DNA from: Callorhinchus milii | Lineage: Eukaryota | Assembly: GCF_018977255.1 (NCBI RefSeq) | Contig: NW_024704749.1 | Coordinates: 22,816,001 to 22,880,000 of the forward strand | DNA: 64,000 nt | Direction: 5' to 3' | In this document: positions 55,156 to 64,000 of the stretch, one piece after another | Layout: the number at the start of each line of letters is the position of its first letter | Numbering within the stretch: position 1 is the stretch's first letter | The notes under the pieces: model-generated | Seen by the model: only the letters and a program-made list of their open reading frames with translations | Told to the model about the DNA's origin: nothing | The model's database searches: none | Translations under genes and position numbers: made by a program

Positions 55156-57267
55156 GTGGGACAGTGGATACCCTTTAATGTATGTTTCATATTGTAAGAA
55201 TATTGCTGCAAAGTAAAAAAAATTAAGGATTCCAGAGGGTAAACTGCCATTTTGGAAATGATATAAATATTTTATAGCTCTTCTCGCTTATTTGTCTAAA
55301 TAATTAAAATGAAGTTTATATATTTGGAAATTGCCCAAATAGTTTATTGTTTTTATGGTGTTTTATAATGCTGTAATAAGAGCGCTCAAGGAAATTTACT
55401 CTTGGAGCCTTCGGGAGACAGGGTTTTTGTTAAAAGGTGACTCGGAACAGCTAGTTTCAAATATTCCTCATTGAATGCAGCATTGCCCTAAACCTCCGTT
55501 TAGGAAATTAAGGAGAAAAAGGGAAACGCTAAGCTCAGAACAGCTGGCAACAAATGGACTCCACTGCAAAGTGAAGCACCAGTTCCCAAACTGCCCCAAG
55601 CGTAGTTCCTTTGCCAAGGCAGTAAACAGCTTTTATCAGCAATAATGATGGCATAATCCCAGCTAAAGAGGAAAGTAACATATGGTAGCAGCCTTCCAAA
55701 TATGATCCCAACAAAGTAGGGGGCATTTTTATTACAACGTCCACTTGCAGAAAATCTGCCAGTTTTTTTTTAAACAGGTTATCATCTTCACTGTTTGAAC
55801 TGAATGTGACACTTGGGAGTTTTTAATAATGAGTTCATTTTTTTCTAAAGGGGTGGGAAGAGAATTCCCATCCCAAAGGATGTTAGACAACATAAACAGC
55901 CTCTGAACTATCCCAATGACATCCACAATAGTGTATTTTTATGATGGGAGTTTTATGAAGGTGACATACAGTTTCTTGGGCTTTCATTGTGCAGAAAGCT
56001 CAAACAGAAACTAGCTTGATAAACAGGGATGCGAGGTTGGTAAATTGCATGAGTGTAGTACTTAAGTTCACTGTGGGCAATGTTCATTGTACCTCTGGAG
56101 CTGGGGAATTTATTATCGCTATAACACTGTGCCACTGACAATGCATTTCACCAGTGTCCTTGGTTGCTGTAAGAGTCCTGTGCCCTATTAATCTTGGCAT
56201 TTTAAATTTATCTTTCAAGACTGTAAAAAAATACATCTAGTGATTCCATTATTTTTGTAAAATGACAGATCATGCAACTATAGCAACACAGCAAGTTTTC
56301 TGCCTGTTAAGTGGTATCACCCCGATTTGAAATATGGATATTTACTGTATGTTATCCTGTCATACATATTTCCAGCATTTTTTCCACAAGTTGCACTCTT
56401 AAACTCTCTAGATTTGAACAATTTAATGACCATTCTCACTGTTCAAATTCACTGCAGAGTATTCTTGCCCTGCTTTTTTGGATGGATGGACAAACAATAG
56501 TTCAAACCTGTTTGATGTCACTCACTTTAACAGGTGGCATAACTGACACCTGGAACAGTAGGTTGAGACAAAGAAGTTACGTTTCCTCTGATCTAGTACT
56601 TCTAACAGGGATAAGCATCCAGCTTAGAGTAATGTATTTGGCAAGGTTTCTCCCGAAAAGGGAAAGTTTTCAGCTTCCCTTTGAGAATCGTATTAAGAAG
56701 CCTATTCCCCCGAGAGCCTCCACTCCCTCTCCAAGACTGGCCAATGCTAACCCCAGTAATTTCTCTATGAGTCACTGACATTAGGAGTATGGGAAAAAAA
56801 TTTAAATGTGGCTATGATGCAATTGATGGTCATCGTTTTCTCTATGAGCATCTTCTGAAGGGCAGGGGAATCTCTGCAAACAATGTGGAGAGCATTGGAA
56901 ACCCAGATGATGCTGAATGATGCAGAAGTGTTGTCAGTTATAAAAGAGCACAGCTTGGTGAGCACTGTTGATACTTTCATTAAAGGATAAGTGTGTCACT
57001 GCTGAAGGATCGATTCCCAGTTCTGAAGGTTTTTGTTATGACACCCACAGCAAGAACACGCGGCAGATAGCTTGGAGTCAATGTTTTGTTTTTAAGACAG
57101 ACACCAGGAATGGCCTTTGAATTGAATTGAAATCCTGTAAAGGAGCATCCCAACAGAGTTGGAAGAAAAAAACATTCTTCTCAAAGAAAACATGTGGAAG
57201 TGGGAGAATCCCAAAATAGTGGCAGCAACAAAAAGACATACAACAGCCAGGAGGGATGATCTTTCAT

Positions 57268-57470
57268 AAAAAGCGAAATACTGCAGATGCTGGAAATCTG
57301 AAATAAAAACAGAAGTCGCTGGGAACATGCAGCAGATCAGGCAAAATCTATGGTGATTGGAAAGTGAGTTAACTCATATCTACATCTGCGAAAGTGAGTT
57401 AACTCACTTTCCTCTCTCCATAGATGCTGCCTGCCCACCTGAATGTTCCCAGCGACTTCTGTTTTGACTT
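57268..57470. mobile_element. 203 bp palindromic Penelope-like remnant with a 15 bp target-site duplication
   Basis: gggatgatctttcat occurs at 57253-57267 and 57471-57485. A perfect 23 bp inverted repeat spans 57306-57328 / 57443-57465. actgcagatgctggaaatctgaaataaaaacaga resembles cartilaginous-fish Penelope terminal repeats as I recall them. Confidence 0.75.
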
Positions 57471-59033
57471 GGGATGATCTTTCATTGAGGCTCATGTCAT
57501 TAACATCATGACTGGACAGACTTTCAAAACTATTTTAACGTTGTTCACACTGGTTATTCTCCCAGGTGGCTGCTTAGCCCTAACACTTTGGTAATTCAGG
57601 CGTTTAAGCAGCACACTTGGGGAGAGAGGATACTGAGATTCAATTCTTGCCTTTCACACTTATGAGGTTAATAAACAATACAAGTATCACATCTGAAAAA
57701 TAAACTTCCTTAGGGGCTGGGAGGCAGTTACCGTTTTCCTGTGGGTTGTACTGGCTCTGAGGAGACATAGTTTGAAACAATCCCAAGGCATGTTCACGGT
57801 TTACGGTCTGGTTCATCAATAAGTCATGCAGGGGTGTAGATATGTCCTCATCTCTGCAAGCCAAAGCCTTAAGAGATAGGATAGTATAGTTGGGCAACTA
57901 TTACGAAACCTAACAGTTTTTTGTGCTGGTAAACTATGTAGGTGCTATTACCATTACCTGTCCTTAATTCTAGTGCATAAAGATAGCTGAAACAAAGAAA
58001 GTCTGATCCCCAATTCCCTTACCAACTAATTGGAATAGCACTCCTATTTTAATGAAATGACGATTTGTTTAAAGTGAAATTCTGAGCAGTAATCCTCCAT
58101 TGTTCAGTCCATAAAGAGTTGGAAATGTGCTCACAGATCAATGGAAACCAGTGTCTCCACTCATAAAGCACTTGATCTCTGTCTACACACTGACTGAATC
58201 TCTTAATTACATTCTATTAAAGCGTTCGTTGTAGTTCAGCTACAGGAAACTATCAGTCTCATCACTTGCAGCCATTTTTGGGACGTAGACAGTCAGCTTC
58301 AGATCACACTCATTGCTCGCTGCCTGCAAGAGCAGAGAATGCACCATAATGCTTGGATCGGTCTTTGAATCACTGACAGGAACGTTAGAATTTCTGAATG
58401 AGCCGTTTGCTGAAAGTGAACTTGAACTTGTTACTTTTTCTTATTTCAACTAACTGTCAGTCATTTGCCTCTTGATGTAGTGGAATTCTTCCAATTGACA
58501 GAATGTGAAACAATATTTCCCTATTAAAGAATTCCACTGACCTACAGAACATTTTTTAATTCATAACTTTAGTGTCATGTGGAAGATCCTATTTCAAGCA
58601 GCATTTAAAATTGTTTGTAAAGATATCAACTATTAGGTTTAATGTAATCCTATATGACCTACACAAAAGAAAAAAACTTATTAGGTTGAAGGAAATTAGT
58701 CAAATGGTAATCTGTGAGGTTAAATGTAGTGATTTGATTTTCCTCCAAATGTTGCTGCATAGTTAAAGGCTGATTTTTTTAAAAATCGCTTAAACCAAAC
58801 CCATTTCACCAAGCCCTTCACAAGGGCTGCTTAATCTACCCATTGATTTTTCCAAAGCAAGGGCCATTCATTGTGTGTGACATTCAGCTGTTGGCTCTTT
58901 AACACCCTTCAACCAAATCAATTTCATATTTTTGTCAATGCCGCGATAGCAGAGTGGGAAGAATGGGAAGAGACTTTGTATGATTTAGCATGTCGATTTT
59001 CTTCAACTGTACCATCTCCATTTTCAGCGCATT

Positions 59034-59396
59034 GGAGTCCTGTAGCTTAGTGGTTAGAGCCCTCGCAAGCAAGAGACCTGGGTTTAATTCCGGGGCAGGG
59101 AGAAACGTTGGACAAGTTTCCTTACTCTACACACCTGTTTACCTAGCAGTAAGTCAAAACCCTGTTGTTAGTCAATTGGCAGATAGCTTTTCCAGGGGTA
59201 ATAATTCCTTAAAAAAATAATAAATTGGTCACTCAATCCACAACTACATGTGGGACACTGCTGTGCGCAAACTGCCGCATTTCGCCCACATTATATAGTC
59301 AATTCACTTTGCACTACGTCCTGTGAAGCGCTTTGAGATGTCTCTAAGACGTGATAAGGCGCTATATCAAATGCAAGGATTATTAATAATATTATT
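59034..59396 (+). mobile_element. tRNA-SINE, long subfamily, full length
   Basis: ggagtcctgtagcttagtggttagagc...gacgtgataaggcgctatatcaaatgcaaggattatt. Confidence 0.92.
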
Positions 59397-60244
59397 TTCT
59401 TATGTATTAAAAAAAGGGAAAAGTGGCGGTGGTTTATTTGAAATAGTTTTTGCTTATTGGAATATTGCAGGTGCTTAATGATACAGTTAAAGGAAAGAAG
59501 ATACTTTGGGGCCATTTCCCATGGTGGACACTGAAACTGTGTTGCTGGATAATCATTTCTTCTGATAAAAGGCTTTGCTTCAATCATCAGTAACACAATC
59601 CAGTATAGTGTCCTGTCAAATTGTCACCTCATCACAAACTAACTGAGTTCCTTTAATGAACAGGGCAGGCAATATTTTAATTATTTTCTTGTATACATTT
59701 TCAAACACTGTTTTACACATACAACATAAATCTATCTCCATTTACAAAAGCTATCTTTACATCCTATTGGAATATCCTAACATTGCCAACCATCACTTAA
59801 ATGCTATATTTGGTCAGGTTTACCTTTTCCTCAATCTAATCAACGCGAGAATAGCAAATCCTGTATAAACACAATCAAAACCCTTTTCCGTTTTAATTAG
59901 ATTTATGGAATTTAATTTGATCATTCTTTATTTCATTGCAGTTTGTCAATCACTATGCTTGGACACTCATTGGGAAACACAGCAAACATCCATTTTTGTG
60001 CTTAATTTTGGCTTGAATACAGATTACTCTGGGTCATTCAAGGTTTGTTAATACACTCTCCAAGTGCAACAAATGAGTTTTACTTCGGGAGTAAAAAAAA
60101 GCTGGAGACCTTCACATAACAATAAGACTTTAAAAAGCATTGTGTGGCAACGTCAGGTCTCAAAACCAAGCTCAACAGTGATTTCAGTGAACAAATTGGA
60201 GTGAATGCAGTTATTGAGTGAATTGGAGTGAATTGCAGTTATGA

Positions 60245-60296
60245 GTCGTCCTCCCGATGTGAAAAGGCGCTCTATAAATGGAATCTTGTTGTTGTT
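60245..60296 (+). mobile_element. L2 3' tip preceded by a short tandem duplication
   Basis: cgtcctcccgatgtgaaaaggcgctctataaatggaatcttgttgttgtt; aattggagtgaa(t)tgcagttat occurs twice just upstream. Confidence 0.75.
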
Positions 60297-60671
60297 ATAA
60301 AGAAGCACAGTCATCTAACTAGTTGAGATTCTGAATTAAAGAAGTTTTAGTTTTGATTTGTTTTAAATAAGCATCCCAAAGGAAGAACCCTTCAAAAGTA
60401 CCATCAGTGCTTTTACTTGTGGCCTGGGGGAGTCACATTCCAATTATTGTGCAAGATAAACCTGGATAATAAAATTTCATTTTATACAATGCCTTACCAG
60501 TTAAATCATTTTTCTGTAAAATATAATGACTGCATATTGGAGGCAAACTCAGCAATTAATGTGTGCACACCAATGTCACACAGCCAAAGAGGTAAATTAC
60601 CATTTTTTTTATTAGAGGGATTTGTGGTATTATTATTATTATTATTGATGATGATGATCAAAATACTGGGA

Positions 60672-60862
60672 TTTTTTCCAAATAGTGCTCTGGGACCTTT
60701 ACCCTTACACGTGAACAGGCAAGACGGGACCTCATTATAATGTCTTGTTTGAGGGACAGCAACTCCGACAATGCAGCACTCCTCCAGCACTGTATTGGAG
60801 GGTAATTAATGACTGAAACAGGTTACCAGAAAGTGGTGTTGAGTTCAGGACACAGGACTCAT
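60672..60862 (-). mobile_element. Deu-domain SINE (AmnSINE1/SacSINE1-like) fragment
   Basis: aaatagtgctctgggacctttac...gacgggacctc..taatgtcttgtttgagggacagcaactccgacaatgcagcactcctccagcactgtattggag follows the recalled antisense Deu core closely. Confidence 0.7.
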
Positions 60863-60872
60863 TTAAAATTAA

Positions 60873-61123
60873 AATTCCCGGCAGGGCGAAACCTTGGACA
60901 AGTTTCCTTACTCCACATGCCTGATAATAATCCCTCAAAAAAAATAAAAAATTGGTAATTTCAATCCGCGACTGTTTGTGGGACGCTACTGTGCGCAATT
61001 GGCTGTCGCATTTTGCCCAAAAATATACAGTCAATTCACTTTACAGTATATTCTGTGAAGCGCTTTGAGACGTCGAGAAGACGTGAAAAGCGCTATATCA
61101 AATGCAAGGATTATTATTATTAT
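60873..61123 (+). mobile_element. tRNA-SINE, short subfamily, 5'-truncated
   Basis: attcccggcagggcgaaacc...ccacatgcctgataataatccctc...gacgtgaaaagcgctatatcaaatgcaagg(att)n. Confidence 0.9.
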
Positions 61124-61732
61124 AAAATGCAGCTCAATGCTAAAATGGGTATGCTGGAAGGATTAGAATGAAATGGGCCAAAGGGCCTTGTTCTCCAAAA
61201 ACAATCTTATGATTTTTTTGGGGGGGTTGCTTCTTTGAACCAATGATAATCATTTATTGAAATAAAAATATCCCCTCCATGTCCATTTCCTAGTTGTGTA
61301 TGTTAAAATCTGGCAACAATTTATTAAAATCAAAAATCAAATCGATGTGGGGGAAGGGGTGGGGGAAGCAAGGAAAATGTTGAACATGGACTCCAGTCAT
61401 TGGTGAGATATGAGTTAAGATTAAATCGTTTTTTTTACATAAAAACAAAAATGCCTTGCCTTGTGGTAGTTCAATCACCCACATCAATGAACACAATGTC
61501 TCAAATGGTTGCTGAGGCACGTAAAGCCCAGTAGAAATAGATTAGAATGAGATGAATATTCATTTTGGCTGGGGCAGTACTTCCAACAGAAAAGAACATT
61601 GTTCTACTCTGTTGATAATCAGGCACATCAGCAGCAGGCTTAATGCCAGAAACTGCACTGACATTAGGGAAGGAGAAATGGGGCAAATGCTTTAGGTACC
61701 GTTGAACCTGATACAGAGACATTTTTACGATA

Positions 61733-61830
61733 GCAATAAATAATCCTTGCATTTGATATCGTGCGCACGTCGCCGAGACATCTCAAAGCGCTTCACAGGA
61801 TTTTAGTGAAGTGTAGTGACTGTTTTGTAG
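61733..61830 (-). mobile_element. tRNA-SINE tail fragment
   Basis: aataaataatccttgcatttgatatc...catctcaaagcgcttcacag. Confidence 0.75.
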
Positions 61831-63914
61831 GTGACCATTTTTGAGAGAATCTTTGACAGAATACAGGAAAGCTTAGTAAAAAAAAATGAATATTGCAATA
61901 TGAGACAAGTCCCACAATACCAAAATATCAGTGCTAGCTAGTTGTAAAAATATTTTTATTTGGCTATAAAGTGTTTGTTTTATTATGTTCATACTTAACA
62001 ATTGTGTATGGAATATTAGATTGATATAAAATGCTTTGACATGATACACAAAGATATCTGAAGATTTCAGTTTCTGCTGCCAGCAGTTTAATGCACTTAA
62101 ACTGCGAGATAATTTTTAGATAGTTCATATAGTTTTTTTTTAAATGTTCTATTTTCAGAAACATCTTAAGCCAATAAATGTCAGAGTTTAAGTTTCACTT
62201 GGTGTGACGAGATGAGGACAAACCTTGGCCTGGAACCTACATAGTGTAGCTACATGCTGGTCACTATTTCTTGTCAAGCCTGATTTATTGCCTTCTTGCT
62301 GTTCAATTTCACATTTTGTCCTTGTCATATCCCCAGCTCATGATCATTCTGCACTGACCCTTGTAGGGCAGGCAGGGTATATTGATAAAACAATTATCTG
62401 CTCTGCGTTCATTTGATTTTCCATTTCAATTACGGATTGGATGAGGGGAAAGAGAAAGATTGCTCCATTGATTTTTTCTCTCTCTTTCAATAGGAAAGAA
62501 TTTCTTAGACCATCTTATCCATGTCCAGTAATGTGCTATCTAAAATATATTTTTTTACTGCACTGTTAATGCTATAAATAATTTCCTCCATTCACCCCTC
62601 CCCCCGTCCCCCAATTCTTCCACACGGGTGGCTGGGGACAGTACAAACCATGGAGTTCTCCACAGCTGCTGTCGACATTGTTTTGTGATCGACCGTCAGG
62701 TCCCTGCTTGCTGTTGAGCAATGCAGACAGTCATCTCTCCCCCAAGGTGGAAAATCCCATCGTGAGTCACTGAGTCACTCCACACAGCAGTTGAGCCGAA
62801 AACCGGTCAGTTATGGCTGAACGAAGGGATGCAATATTCAAAGCATCTATAAATTAATAGTTGTTTAATCAGAGAAAAACTATTTTGTCTTCAACCATGG
62901 ATTTTGTAAATGCATTGAACGAACAGAAATATTTCTGAGCAAAATGTCAAAATCCAGCAGTATTGCTTGGTTTGGTATAGCACTGGCTTAATGCAAATTT
63001 CTCTCTGCCCTAAAATGTGCTTAACCACAGGAGAAATAACATTCCTTTCCCCCTCCCTCCATGTAGCAATTAGACATTATTTTTTCCCTGTAAACTGTTA
63101 TCCATTAGTAGCAGGGGTGAAGACTGAACAAACAGCCAACGTCTTACAGCAACAGAGAGGAGTCTTTCTTCACTCAAATCGAAGTCCTAGCATTGAAACC
63201 ATTGACAGCATAAACTGTTGATCATTGGGTTTCTTTTCAATATGTAACCAAAATATACAAATACACAGAATATTAATTTTGTAAAATAAGAATATTTATA
63301 GCCAGATAGCAATCGCAGTGCTCAAAATGATATTGAAATGGAAACAATTCTTTATGTTTGTTTTGCATGAAGATGGCCATCAATGCAGTTAATGTGCTGG
63401 TGTTTACAACTGTATACACATTCAAACAAAAAAAAGGCACCATTTTACACAAATAAATATAAAACATATTTTGGAGCAGTAGAATACAGATTCATGCTGT
63501 TGATTCCAAACATGTGTTCCAACTTCACTCAGGCTGTCAGGAAATTGGCAAGGCTCGGATAGTGAACAACAAATGCCCAAATAACTGGAAGGCAAGTCAA
63601 CTCAGCACAGTATTTCCAGCAGTTACTTATGGGTCAATATTGGAGAAGTAAATCAACTACTCCTCCTTTCATGACCACAGACTTAAGGGGAAAAAAAGTT
63701 CTAAGCACTATCGATACTAGATTTCATTTTGTAGCAATCTATTGGTTTGTGTCATTCTGAAGCAACCATACCACCAACAGACGAAGGTTAAGAACCACCA
63801 GGCACATGCACCAACACTAACTTTTGTACCTAGGGTTTATTTACCAGCAAATCAATCATGGAATCACAATCATGGAAAAACATTGCCAGTTTGATTTACA
63901 AGTTACGCAGTCAC

Positions 63915-64000
63915 TACACGTTACAGTAAATCCTGTGAAGTGCTTTGAAGCATCCTCCCGATGTGATTGGATCGCATCAAAATGCAAAGATTTTTATTTA
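63915..64000 (+). mobile_element. SINE/L2-type tail at the window edge
   Basis: ctgtgaagtgctttgaagcatcctcccgatgtga...aaatgcaaagatttttatta. Confidence 0.6.

Noticed and set aside
56311-56778. Longest ORF in the track (155 aa)
   Set aside because: No ATG start, no recognisable domain, antisense within an intron.

Overview
Vertebrate genomic DNA, AT-rich and repeat-laden. The repeat complement suggests a cartilaginous fish, possibly a chimaera such as Callorhinchus (inference, not verified). The window lies inside a PBX-family TALE homeobox gene on the minus strand, most likely PBX1. Three coding exons are visible: 19175-18931 (245 bp), 7744-7554 (191 bp) and 4350-4215 (136 bp, the homeobox exon, missed by the ORF track). 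All have canonical AG/GT boundaries and splice in frame. Everything from 19176 to 64000 appears to be one very large intron; I found neither exon 2 nor exon 6. The introns hold about 20 copies or fragments of a tRNA-derived SINE with an L2-type tail (two subfamilies), a decayed ~2.1 kb L2 LINE plus many L2 3' ends, CR1 tails, three LF-SINE-like copies, Deu-domain SINE relics, palindromic MITE-like and Penelope-like inserts, enhancer-like unique blocks and a 196-N assembly gap. Nearly all other ORFs in the track are spurious or repeat-derived. I see no convincing new multi-gene system. The best leads are SINE placement around exons 3-5, a SINE 5' extension, ancient SINE relics and long palindromes. 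Repeat family names and paralogue comparisons come from recalled consensus sequences, not a database search, and repeat boundaries are approximate.
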